Below, piece by piece: positions 11,464-24,335 of a DNA stretch of 64,000 nt. The notes under the pieces are model-generated. The model searched no databases. It had not been told where the DNA came from and saw only the letters and a list, made by a program, of their open reading frames with translations. Each line of letters opens with the position of its first letter. Position 1 is the stretch's first letter. The position numbers and the translations under genes are program-made. Where the stretch lies: NCBI RefSeq assembly GCF_001194135.2, contig NC_068987.1, forward strand, positions 77,024,087-77,088,086, written 5' to 3'. The DNA comes from Octopus bimaculoides (Eukaryota).

Positions 11464-13689
11464 ACACATCACATAACATACATTTATATGCACACGCGCA
11501 CACATATATGTATGCTTATATATATATGCAAATATATAGATACACACACACACACACACACACATTCACACACACACACACGTATAGTTGTCACGCAATT
11601 ACGAAATATACATTCAATATGCATATTCAATAAATGTTCCGTAATTGTAGAAGCTTCTCAAACAAATCAATAAATACACATGAAATATCTTAAACTCGCA
11701 CGCACACACACACACACGTACAGATATTCATGCATGCACGCACACACACAGACACACACACACACACATGCATAAACACGCATACACGCACGCACGCGCA
11801 TACCTATTGACACATATTACATAGACGTTTGTGACTATAATTCTCACATGCGTTCATAACTTAGCTATCTTTGGACATAAAGCTATAGGTACAAGAGATA
11901 CATAAATCACTTGTAGTTGTTACGAAAGTGAAGAATACGTTTTGACGCGTATCGACACACATATACACACAGATAACTGGCAGTTGTCACATAAATTCTA
12001 CATCTATATAATGCACAGTTGAATATAAGGCTATATATATTAGCGTATACACGAACGACAGAGTTTAACATAGAAGAAATAACCAGTCGAAAAACTTCGA
12101 ATAAGTAATATTACCTTTGTAATTAGGTGGCAAAACCTCCCACTGGAAGCGTTTAAAAACCTAACAAGAACTAGCATGTGAGGTAATTCCAGTAATGTCA
12201 ACTAAATCCAAATTTTCGAAAAATAAAGAAAAAGCGGTTGGGAGTAGATCGTGCTTTTGAATTTAATACTGAAAGCAATGGACATATTTCAAATTTATTT
12301 GCTCTCTTCAGCGAAACATGTATCTCAGTAAGACTCAGAAGTGATGAATATGCATACCCATAAATAGATCTTAGAGAGGATATTTAAGTGAGCATTCTGT
12401 GTGTGTGTGTGTGTGTGAGTGTGTGTGTGTGTATTTAAACTATGAATCTTTTCCTTGAGTTTTCGCCATAATTACTAAATTCAATCATCAGGTACACGAA
12501 CAAACTCAACCATTTTGAGTAAATCGGAAGTAGACTACTGGTTATGAATAATTTTGAGATGGTTTGTGTGTGGCACTGTGTGTGCGCGTGCGCATGTGTT
12601 TATTTATAAATGTGTGTAAATTCGTGTGTGTACGTTTGGCTATATATAAATATACTTACATACATGCTGTAAAGTCTGAGACATGTAATATAGTGATTTG
12701 AAAAACTGCGATTAACTGAAATTATCCTCACAATTAGAAGGCAAAAACACCCTATGGAATTGTTTAAAATGTAAAAACAAAGAAGATAACTCCAATGATA
12801 TCAGCTAATGGAAAGATGATGCTGTCAAGAGAGGATTTTGCCTCAACCGTGAAATTGATATTTAAGCCACAATATTCCATCTCTTTCTCTCCTAATTCGC
12901 CGTCTCTACGTGGTCAGTCGCAACAGTAGCAAATCACCTTGAAGCTACACTCTATCGTCCTAAAAAGAACATAAATGATACACTATTCCTGAAAAAATAA
13001 ATGGATGATGATTACAGCTTGAATGCCCCTGATCTTAGATTTACTCATTTAGGACTGATTGATTTGAAGGTCAGTAATGAAGAATACCGAGTGAAAAATC
13101 AATCATAATATGTGACCAACTCTGTAACGTGTTTCTGAAAGATAGATTTATGTTTCAGGTTCGCATGTCTCTAAATAGGAATGCATATTGCTCTATTGAT
13201 GGCAAACGTCTAAACTTTATATTGTGCCAATGAAACCGTTTTCTGTTCGTATCCAAGAAAATTAATTTCAAACAGCCGGGTGGTACTAGTTGTATGTAGT
13301 ATCGGAGCGGGGCAGTATACTTCTCTTTAAACAGTAGCTTTTCTGAGTTATTCGTCGCTATATAATGCTGAATTTAATTAATCTCAGGGCGTAAAATTAT
13401 CTAATGTTCTATCCAGGTATCTGAGAAGAGATTATTTCTCCCTTGTTGGCATAACGCCTCTAAGACCAGTGATTAACACTAAAAACCTGGTTCCTGAGTC
13501 TTTTCTTGCCTCATTGACTTTCCTTGGACATATTTTCATATATTAAATACGTAAAGCATGAGTCAGAAAGTGAACTGTAGCAACGTAACCTAGTGGTTGT
13601 TTTATACGTTTCTTTTTCCACTCCGGTACTGACTTTAGTATGGTGCTTTTTTCATCGATTTTTGTTTTATTGAATCCCTAAATATCAGG

Positions 13690-14360
13690 GTATAAAGGGA
13701 TATACGATATAAGCACTGATACGGAATGAAGCTAAAGAACTGATATCACTTCTTAAGGTGGAAATCAAACTCTCCGATGGGTGGGGAAGCAAATCAAAAG
13801 AGAAAATGCACGGTGGTAAAACATAATGAAATGAAATGTCCAGCTGACAATTTATCAGAAGAAAGCTACCGCATTCACAGGAGTACAATGCAATCTCGAA
13901 TATAAACAATCTCTATGTTTTGTCTCAAAAGGAACCAGAAGGAGGGGGGAAAGAGAAAAAGAATGGATTAGCAGTCAATATTCCATTGGCCTTAATTATG
14001 AAAATTTTGAAGCAGAAATGCAATATTTATCGTCAGTACATAAAGCAAGATAAAAATATATAAATAATACAACAGAAGCCTTCAGAATTGCTAAATTAAT
14101 TGACTGACTACAAATTTTGTGAGATATTTCCAAATATTTGTCTGAGTTTGAGAACGTTGTTGACAATTTCAGCTGCAGCAGTAATGTCTTTTAGCAAACT
14201 CAAACATCAAACATGTTTTAAGGTTTGCCATTTCTCAAAGCCGGCTTGTTTGATTTATAAAGCCTAGGTACGATTATTGAATTGTGCCGTAACATAGAAA
14301 TTGATTTTGATAGTGTTATTAGAAATTCTATGGATAAAAATAAAAAGAAAGACACAAAAG
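13690..14360 (+). mobile_element. hAT transposase relic (C-terminal dimerisation region)
   Basis: FCEIFPNICLSLRTLLTISAAAVMSFSKLK.../..AISQSRL.../IEIDFDSVIRNSM resembles hAT FP....LR..LT......ERSFSKLK.IKT.LRS..SQ.RL; stops and frameshifts. Confidence 0.7.
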
Positions 14361-14977
14361 CTCATTTCATTTGCTGTTTAAGTTTATTGTTGTATTGTAT
14401 ATATTGTTCTCTGGTCATTCTGGTGGACAGAAAATAAGAATCTTTGGAGCTTGCAAATGGTCATACTGTGATTATTATGCTCGTTACCAAAAGCTGTCCA
14501 CTTTCATATTTATTCAAAGATATGTTTTGTTACGTTTTTCACATTTTTCTATAAAGAAAGAAAAACAAGAATTTTGAAATTTTATGTTATGCCATTAATA
14601 AAAGCCAGTCGTCAGCGTCAAACGAATATGGCTTAATGATATGTACCATGCTTTTGTTAATTATTCTAGGTGCTTATGTAGTCACGTGCAGACGTAGACA
14701 CCTGTTCGACTCTTCCTCCTTTTGGCTCAACAGTATATCTGGGATGTGACAACTAGAAGGAGAGAGAACTTCACAGTAGTCGACTAGTACTCATTTTCAT
14801 GTGGATAAACTAGAGCAACCTGAAAGGATGTACCTTGCTCAAGGACACAACACACCGTCCTTTCTAATCATATAATTTTCACTGAAAATTGTTAACAAAG
14901 AATCTAAAGTTCATGTGACTTTAAACCCTGAATTTTGAGAGAAGCTCTCGAATTTCGGTGCGGTTAAAGATGAAGAA

Positions 14978-15337
14978 TATTATTTTCTACTCTTGGCCCA
15001 AGGCCCGAAATTTTGGGGGAGGGGGCCAGTCGATTATATTGACCCCAGTTCGCAACTGATACTTAATTTATTGACCCCGAAAGGATGAATGGTAAAGTCG
15101 ACCTGGGCGGAATTTAAACTCAGAACGTAAAGACAGACGAAATACCGTTAAGCATTTCGCTCAGCGTGCTAACGTTTCTTATTTCTTTATTGCCCACAAG
15201 GGGCTAAACATAGAGGGAATAAACAAGAACAGACAAAGGGATTAAGTCGATTACATCAACCCCAGTGCGTAACTGGTACTTAATTTATCGACCTCGAAAG
15301 GATGAAAGGCAAGGTCGACCTCAGCGGAATTTGAGAA
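14978..15337 (-). mobile_element. SINE B dimer (B2-type monomer fused to B1-type monomer)
   Basis: Two B cores; junction identical to 50828-50851. Confidence 0.85.
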
Positions 15338-15430
15338 TAAATGATGGATTTTTTCCTTATGAGGTTTTTTCACGCTAGCTACTTGATAAATTCTTATAAA
15401 AGAATTTATCCTATTATTGAATTAAGTATG

Positions 15431-15470
<40 letters not shown>

Positions 15471-15473
<3 letters not shown>

Positions 15474-15635
15474 GATGAGTTTCTTTCAGTTTCCGTCTAC
15501 CAAATCCACTCGCAAGGCTTTGGTCGTCTCGAAGCTATGGTAGAAGACACTTGCTCAAGATTCCAAGCAGTGGAACTGAACCCAGGACCATGCGGTTGGG
15601 AAGCAAGCATCTTACCACACAGCTACGCCTGTGCT
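15471..15635 (-). mobile_element. SINE A, 5' half
   Basis: TTTCTTTCAGTTTCCGTCTACCAAATCCACTCGCAAGGC...CTTACCACACAGC. Confidence 0.85.
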
Positions 15636-16300
15636 TATATCGAACCTTGATTTTTGTTTTCTTCTCTTCTTATATCCTCTTTAAAATTATATTGTTTTTT
15701 TTTAACCAACACCACTGACAATGAAAACAACAACAGCAACAACAATAATAGCAACAACAACAACAACAACACCTGTTCTTAATATACTCAGTCAAAAGAT
15801 ACCAAACTTCAGTAATTCTTTTGTTTTATTTTCAGTGTCCGTCACATCTTAGCAGCAAGAAGCTATACTATATACAAATATTGTTTGGTGGCAATTTATC
15901 GAAAACAGATTAAGGAAATACAATTGATCGAAACAATTGAACGAAAAACAATTGATGAAAGTAACAGCAGCTCAAATCAACAATTAATCGAATTATACCA
16001 AGTATTCGAAATACAGAAAATAGGTTAAAGGAAAAATAACAAGGTTATATTGTCACGTTTTTATTAAAGTAATTTTTTTTTGTTAAATGCTATATAGATG
16101 TGTGTGTGTATGTGTGTGTGGCATTTATGTTTACAGCGTAAAAACTAGTGTAATATATGTTAATGTCCCTTGATGGTCTTTTTCATAACTGGTTCAAAAT
16201 CTGTGATAATTGAATCAATATTTGAAAATAGCGCTAATGTTATTACTGCACGAAGGAATTATCAGTTCAGCAAATCTATCTATCCATCTATCTATCTATC

Positions 16301-16352
<52 letters not shown>

Positions 16353-17028
16353 ATTGAGCATATACATATAATATGCATATATATATATGTNNNNNNNNNN
16401 NNNNNNNNNNNNNNNNNNNNNNNNNNNNNNNNNNNNNNNNNNNNNNNNNNNNNNNNNNNNNNNNNNNNNNNNNNNNNNNNNNNNNNNNNNNNNNNNNNNN
16501 NNNNNNNNNNNNNNNNNNNNNNNNNNNCATATATATATATATATCATTCCTTATTATCGGCAATTGCTCATGAATAGTCGACTATATTTGTGTATCATTG
16601 AAATATTTTAGCTTTTTAAGACGTTTCTCTAACAATTTGATCAAACGCTGTTTACATTTCAATGTTGTTCTTTTTTTTAAATTAATACATGAAAATATAA
16701 CATTTTCTCCATATTTCAAATATTTGCTATAACTCGATTGTTAAAAATGGACGACTGTCAGTTCCATCAATGGTTTTTCGATCAACCATTGACATTACTT
16801 GCAATTCGATCGTCTGCATACTACAGATATCAATGCGATAAGTCCGTAATATATTTTATAAAGTTTCAATATTATCAATGATATATAACGTTATCCATTT
16901 GATGTGGCATTATAATATAATAATTTTCCACTTGGTTTCTGATTTTTCACGATGAAATTTAAATTACTTCGCAAGTGTAATTTTACTTAACTTAAGCCAC
17001 TCGATAGTGTGTTTGTGTATGCATATCA

Positions 17029-17068
<40 letters not shown>

Positions 17069-17149
17069 GTGTGTGTGTGTGTGTTTGGTTTGGTTTATCT
17101 TTCGGTAAGCATAATATAAAAACTAACATCTATAAAGAAAGCTTATATT

Positions 17150-17365
17150 TGTTTCAAATTTTGGCACAAGGCCAGCAATTTGGGAGGAGGGGGCCAAGTC
17201 GATTAAATCGACCGCAGTGTTCAATTAGTACTAATTTTATCGACACCGAGAAGATGAAAGGTAAAGCTGACCTCAGCGGAATTTGAACTCAGAACGTAAA
17301 AACGGACGAAATACAGCTCAGCATTTTGCCCGGTGTGCTAACGATTCTGCCAGCTTAACGCCTTA
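17150..17365 (-). mobile_element. SINE B, full length
   Basis: GTTTCAAATTTTGGCACAAGGCC...CTAACGATTCTGCCAGCTTAACGCCTTAA. Confidence 0.9.
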
Positions 17366-17499
17366 AAGAAAGTTTATATTAACACACACACTCACTCACA
17401 CTCATACGAAGTGATGAAACAGTAAAAATAACTGGCACTGAAAAGTTCTAGAAATATCCGGTATGTCGGCAATAGACACTTCCAATTAGGTAAGATTAA

Positions 17500-17720
17500 A
17501 ATTACTTTAAAGTCTTGTAACTTTTATCGTATTAATTTCTTGAAAAAATTCTGTAATTTTCATCTTGAGAAAAACGATATCAGTGTAGAAAATTAGAAAA
17601 ACTTCTGGATACTGTTTTTCAAACCCAGTGCGCACCACTGCTGTCATAAATGCAGTAAGTTCGCTCACCATCACTAACTTGGAAAACTTGGAATCTGACA
17701 AAGCATGTTTGAATATGCCT
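17500..17720 (-). mobile_element. Possible mariner transposase C-terminal relic
   Basis: FKHALSDSKFS...AVVRTGFEKQYPEVF loosely fits LK..L.G..F....V...V..WF..Q..EF; weak. Confidence 0.3.
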
Positions 17721-18507
17721 AACTGTTCATCTGCTTACTTACTTACCTACCGACCGTTCTACGGATTCATTTCTTCATTTACTCATAAAATTAGCCGATC
17801 GTTCTTACCGAATGTCTCCTGCCGCCTGCGGCTTGATCGTATAAACCAACAACCATTTTGAAATTTTCGCAACCCATAATACATATCCTTGAATTCACAC
17901 TGTTTTTAAATTCATCCTCTCAGTAGGACCTATTCCACATAGCAATTCGATAAAGACAGGTCATGCAGCTCTCTTACAAAACAATGATATCCGTGTCTTC
18001 TAAATCTAACATTATCTCTCCTTTCACGTTTTATCTATATCTACCCCATTTCGATCCACATCTTTGCATTTTATCTTTACTTTACCGTTCTATCGCTACC
18101 TTCTTGTTTTATTTACACTATCTTATTTTATCTACTTCTTTCCAATTCTTTCTCTACTTGCTTCGTTCTAGTGATGCACTTCTACACCTTTCCTATTTTC
18201 TCTGAACTTAATCAGATGTTTAATACCCATGGGTTCATAGAAGTACAGAAAAATTATTGCTATATTTACACCATACTTTTTTCTTCACTATGCATTTACG
18301 ATGGTGCTGATACCAAAAAGAAACAAGACCAAAAATGACTGAATATAAGTTTCACCATTGGAAAATATATTTTTCACTGAGATATGAACAAAAATACTAT
18401 ATCTACAATTTTCATTTTAAAAATATACGAGAATATTTATAGAATGAAAGTATGAAGACTAAACTTATACTAGGATTGATTTCCTACAAAATTATATTAT
18501 TTCACAG

Positions 18508-18715
18508 CGAAGCAATTATTTCAACAGGCTGCCTCTGTTGAAAGTAAGAAGACAACTCTTGAGAATCAATTCAATCTAAAATATATTTTGAAAACTTTTT
18601 TTCTGAATCAATATTGGTTAGCAGTGAGGTTAAAGATGAAGAATATTGCCGGAGAAAGAATCGACATATGGATGAGGATACCTAACGGTGATATAGTGAA
18701 ATGGGTAATTCGACA
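18508..18715 (+). CDS. Candidate two-exon coding segment (18508-18543, 18622-18715), product unknown
   Basis: atttcacag|36 nt|gtaaga, 78-nt intron, ggttag|94 nt|gtaagt; spliced frame open: KQLFQQAASVETVRLKMKNIAGERIDIWMRIPNGDIVKWVIR; second acceptor is mediocre. Confidence 0.3.
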
Positions 18716-18835
18716 GTAAGTTCTGCCACACGTAATTAGAAAGGTTGAAGCAGATGACGTAAGCAATATAACAACAAAGCTATCAATCACCACCACCACA
18801 GTCACCCACCGCCACTACTAATAGCAATAATTTTT

Positions 18836-19225
18836 TTCTATTATAGGTACAACACCTGGGATTTTGTTGGAGGGGCTAGTCGATTACATCGACCTCATTG
18901 CTCAGTTGGTACCTATTTCATCGACTCTGAAAGGAGGAAAAGCCAAGTTGACATCGGTGGAATTTGAACCCAGAACGTAAAGTCGGACGAAAGGTCGTTA
19001 AGCATTCTGCCCGGCCTGTAAATAATTCTGACACTTCGCCGCCGCCGCAGCCGCCTTACAACAACAACAACAACAATAATCCTTTCTACTATAGGCACAA
19101 GGCCTGAAATTTGAGGGAGGAGTTAGTCGATTACATCGCTTCCCTTTAAAGGTTAAAAAGCAAAGTCGGGCTCGGCAGAATTCGAACTCACAGCGTAAAT
19201 AGCCGGAAGAAATGCTGTTTCAGCT
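18836..19225 (-). mobile_element. Two tandem degraded SINE B copies
   Basis: B core motifs at 18875-18990 and 19080-19200 separated by (ACA)n. Confidence 0.8.
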
Positions 19226-19433
19226 CTAGTCCTATGTCTGTGTCAACACGTTAAACAAACGATCGATCTGTTAGTTGGATAGAGACTTAACCAATTGAAG
19301 TGGAATTGAACCAATACGTGCATTATTATTATTGGTATAATGATTCTCTCATAATACCAGAATATTATCGCTAAGCATTTTACCCGGAATACCAGGAGGA
19401 CTTAGGATGTTTTTGGTCTCGTTCCACGTAAAG

Positions 19434-19490
19434 GATATGAACAGCTGCTTTTAGATACCCTTTATGAAGTGTCTGTAAGAACAGTGGCAG
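19434..19490 (+). CDS. Candidate exon with FN3-like peptide
   Basis: YEQLLLDTLYEVSVRTVAG ending at CAG|gtgagt (phase 1); acceptor uncertain (19434 or 19455). Confidence 0.2.
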
Positions 19491-20415
19491 GTGAGTAAAG
19501 AAGCAGGTTGCTCTGACCGACCTAACTAGTCAGTTCTCGTTTGTGTGCAAGGGTGTTTTAGTATGTTATGTTTAAAATTATAGCGTGTTTGATTTATAGT
19601 AGTTTCTTTATGGTCATTATATATCCTTGCTTTTAGAGATAGGTTTAAAGTATCTTCTATATACGTTGTCCCCTGATTTCGTTTTTATGTAACTTTGTTT
19701 TGTTCAACGTCACACATTTTTTTTGTAACCCAATCCAGCTTAAATGTTTTCTGTAATTGTATTCATGAATAAATCGGAATGTGTAACTCCCAGCAGTTCT
19801 GACTCCTTACGTTCTGCGTTCAAATGCCGCTAAGGTCAACTTTGCTTCATCCTTTCAGGCTCGATAAAATAAAATACAAGACAAATATTGGAGGTCCATG
19901 TAATTGACCAAGCCCCTACCCTTAACATTTACTGGTGTTTTACCAAAATTTGACATCTCCGGCTGAATCGAGACTAAGCAACAGCGATATATGGATGGTT
20001 GGATCTCTGTCTTTCAAAGATGAGGATTCAATTGATCGATCTACTGAAGTGCCTACTCCTGAATTAACGTGTATATGGCTGAGCATTTTACCGACACGGG
20101 GTGCCCTCAACGTAATTCCCAAACAGAATCTGCGTAACTCAGTATATGAGAAATTTGCACCTTTTCAATTACATGTACAATGTACTCGACCGGCTTCTAT
20201 ACAGTTTCCGTCTAATTTTATTCACACGGTATGAGTCGGCCCAAGGTTATAGAAAATAACATTTGCCCAAGCTGTCATGCAGTGGGATCAAATCTGCAAC
20301 CTTATGGTTGCAAAGCGAGCTTCTCAACCATTCGATCTTCCTGCGTCTATTGACGGAATGAACTCGGTTCTAAACAGTTTTCAAATCATGTTCCAGAGAA
20401 AAATATTTCCAAAGC

Positions 20416-20454
<39 letters not shown>

Positions 20455-21550
20455 ACGAAAGAAACTAACGCTGCAAGATATTTTATATCTGACCGCAATT
20501 GATAAGAAACTCACCAAGTTCCAAATCGAACGGATGTGAACTCTTAAAACTCCAAATAGCGACGTCATATCAAGGCGGCCTTGCCATAGGGCAAACGTAA
20601 ACACACCTCAAGAGAGGCAAACAGTACACATCAACAAAACATTATGCCTCGATATTTATCTCGTTAACTGATATAATGACGCCAATATAGATAAGAAGTC
20701 TGGCCTTTCCTGAATGAACGATCGCTATATCACAACAGATGGACGAGATATATCAATCATACAAGAGTAAGATGTATTAACTAAACATCTCATTATTGAT
20801 CGTGATAGGAATGCATCCGGACAACTATTTGTGCCGAACTAGTGCGTGTGTGTGCGTGTGGAATATATAAAATATTTCTTAAGTAGCTGTCCCTCTAAAA
20901 TATCGGTGAATCATTAGTTTTCTGTGAGCTGTGATGTGATAATAAGAAATATATAACTAAACATAATACCTTTAATAGGAAGGAAGGATTTGCACAAAAA
21001 TAATTGTATAATACGCATCTACATTTTTGGACCAAAATTTTCTTCAAAATTTCCAATTCTATGTATAACACGACTACAAGAGTGGAGATTGGACTATAGT
21101 CCAATATATTAGTTTCTAATATTTCATTTTATGAAAAGTATATTGATAAACTTTTTTTAAATCTTAAAAAAATGTAAGCTTTTTATATTTCATTGTTCAT
21201 TTTTCTTCATAAAAGCAGGTGAAGAACAAAATTTGCCGATAACACGTATTTTACATGTTGAAAATATTAATCTTGACTTTGGCGGGGGGGAAAAAAGAGC
21301 TTTACGGCACCATTTTGGAAAAATACACGATACAGATCGGTGTAAATACATCTATAGCAGTAATGGAAAGTAATATTGCGCTGGAAGCAGATTTTGGTTA
21401 AAAATTCTACACAAAACACTAGAGATTAATCACCAGCAAAGAAAAAAAAAGAACTCCTCATTCATATATATATATAAATGTGTGTATGAATAGGTAGATG
21501 TAGGTATGTACATACATGTATGCATATATGCATATACTCATTTATTATTT

Positions 21551-21593
<43 letters not shown>

Positions 21594-21940
21594 TTTACAT
21601 GTCTCAGTCATTGGACTGCGTCTATGGGGTACAGCCTTCATAGGTTTGCTCAAGCAAATTGACCGACGAGCATATTTTAAAAAAAATAACGCTTACTCTA
21701 TGCGTCTCCTTCTGCTGAACCAGTAGGTTACGGGGACGTAAAGAAACCAATACCGGTCGTGGTGGTGGACAAACATACACACAAATACACGCGCGCGCGC
21801 ACATAGACACACATAGACACACGCACACACACTCACACACACACGCTATATTGATAGCTGACTGTTTAGTTTAGGTAAGATCAACGAAAAGTTACTCCAT
21901 CTAGTGAGAGATAAATATCATCTCTCGCTCTCTATATGTG

Positions 21941-21977
<37 letters not shown>

Positions 21978-22130
21978 ATATATATATATGTCTGTGTATT
22001 TATATATGCATATATGTATATATATATATATATGTATATATCTATGTATATATGTATATGTATGTATATGTATATATATGTATGTATATATATATACATA
22101 CATGTATATCTATATGTATATGTATATATG

Positions 22131-22162
<32 letters not shown>

Positions 22163-24223
22163 AGTATATATATATATGTATATATATATGTATGTATATA
22201 TGTAGGTATATATATATATANNNNNNNNNNNNNNNNNNNNNNNNNNNNNNNNNNNNNNNNNNNNNNNNNNNNNNNNNNNNNNNNNNNNNNNNNNNNNNNN
22301 NNNNNNNNNNNNNNNNNNNNNNNNNNNNNNNNNNNNNNNNNNNNNNNNNNNNNNNNNNNNNNNNNNNNNNNNNNNNNNNNNNNNNNNNNNNNNNNNNNNN
22401 NNNNNNNNNNNNNNNNNNNNNNNNNNNNNNNNNNNNNNNNNNNNNNNNNNNNNNNNNNNNNNNNNNNNNNNNNNNNNNNNNNNNNNNNNNNNNNNNNNNN
22501 NNNNNNNNNNNNNNNNNNNNNNNNNNNNNNNNNNNNNNNNNNNNNNNNNNNNNNNNNNNNNNNNNNNNNNNNNNNNNNNNNNNNNNNNNNNNNNNNNNNN
22601 NNNNNNNNNNNNNNNNNNNNNNNNNNNNNNNNNNNNNNNNNNNNNNNNNNNNNNNNNNNNNNNNNNNNNNNNNNNNNNNNNNNNNNNNNNNNNNNNNNNN
22701 NNNNNNNNNNNNNNNNNNNNNNNNNNNNNNNNNNNNNNNNNNNNNNNNNNNNNNNNNNNNNNNNNNNNNNNNNNNNNNNNNNNNNNNNNNNNNNNNNNNN
22801 NNNNNNNNNNNNNNNNNNNNNNNNNNNNNNNNNNNNNNNNNNNNNNNNNNNNNNNNNNNNNNNNNNNNNNNNNNNNNNNNNNNNNNNNNNNNNNNNNNNN
22901 NNNNNNNNNNNNNNNNNNNNNNNNNNNNNNNNNNNNNNNNNNNNNNNNNNNNNNNNNGTGTGCGCGCGTGTGTGTATGTGTGTGGATGTGCGTGTGTGTG
23001 TGGGATTGTGAGTGTTAGGTACGGGTGTGTGTGTGTGTATGCGCGTGTGTGTTTATGTGTGTTTATGTGTGTCTGTATGTGTGTGTCCGTGTGCGAGTGT
23101 GTGCGCGTGTGTATATATTTTTTGTGCGTGCGTGCATGTGTATATTGTGCATGTTTTCGTGCGTGCGTGTGTGTTGTGTATGTGAGTGAGTATTGTGTAT
23201 GTGAGAGGTGTGTGTGCGTGTGTGCATGTCTGTATATGTGTATGGGTTGTCAGGTGTGTGGGAGGTATTTGTGAATGGGGGTATATGTGGGTTATGTGTG
23301 CAAGGGTGTGTATGTTTGCGTGATTGTAGCATGTGTGTGTATGTGCAAGTGTGCGTGTGTATGTGCGTTTGTATAAGTGTGTGGGCGAGTCTGAGCGTGT
23401 GAGTGCATGCATATGTGTTGTGTTGGGGGGTAGGTGTGCTTTCATGTGTGTGTATGGGTGCGTGTATTTTTTGTGTGTGGGTATGTGTGCGTGTAGGAAG
23501 GGGTGAGATAAAAAGTGGAAAATTGTAGTGAATGTAATAAGAAGAGAATAATGGATATAATGTAAAGGGGACGACGGGNNNNNNNNNNNNNNNNNNNNNN
23601 NNNNNNNNNNNNNNNNNNNNNNNNNNNNNNNNNNNNNNNNNNNNNNNNNNNNNNNNNNNNNNNNNNNNNNNNNNNNNNNNNNNNNNNNNNNNNNNNNNNN
23701 NNNNNNNNNNNNNNNNNNNNNNNNNNNNNNNNNNNNNNNNNNNNNNNNNNNNNNNNNNNNNNNNNNNNNNNNNNNNNNNNNNNNNNNNNNNNNNNNNNNN
23801 NNNNNNNNNNNNNNNNNNNNNNNNNNNNNNNNNNNNNNNNNNNNNNNNNNNNNNNNNNNNNNNNNNNNNNNNNNNNNNNNNNNNNNNNNNNNNNNNNNNN
23901 NNNNNNNNNNNNNNNNNNNNNNNNNNNNNNNNNNNNNNNNNNNNNNNNNNNNNNNNNNNNNNNNNNNNNNNNNNNNNNNNNNNNNNNNNNNNNNNNNNNN
24001 NNNNNNNNNNNNNNNNNNNNNNNNNNNNNNNNNNNNNNNNNNNNNNNNNNNNNNNNNNNNNNNNNNNNNNNNNNNNNNNNNNNNNNNNNNNNNNNNNNNN
24101 NNNNNNNNNNNNNNNNNNNNNNNNNNNNNNNNNNNNNNNNNNNNNNNNNNNNNNNNNNNNNNNNNNNNNNNNNNNNNNNNNNNNNNNNNNNNNNNNNNNN
24201 NNNNNNNNNNNNNNNNNNNNNNN

Positions 24224-24335
24224 AATACGGAAAGTCTTTGACGTTTCGAGCTACGCTCTTCAACAGAAAGAATACGGAGACAAGAAGAAAAACACGGAGA
24301 AAAAAAATTGAATAGTGTCCAGTCAGCGGTCAATC
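24224..24335 (-). mobile_element. Probable Penelope-like terminal fragment
   Basis: Contains the hammerhead-like motif; left end lost in an N-gap. Confidence 0.55.
24235..24271 (-). ncRNA. Minimal type-I hammerhead ribozyme-like motif, non-canonical core
   Basis: UCUUU-CUGUUGA-A-GAGC-GUA-GCUC-GAAA-CGU-C-AAAGA: 5-bp stem I, 4-bp stem II, palindromic ACGU stem III, GUC cleavage triplet. Confidence 0.6.

Noticed and set aside
12127-12182. LRR-like peptide WQNLPLEAFKNLT between AG and GT
   Set aside because: In-frame TGA before the donor and no neighbouring LRR exons
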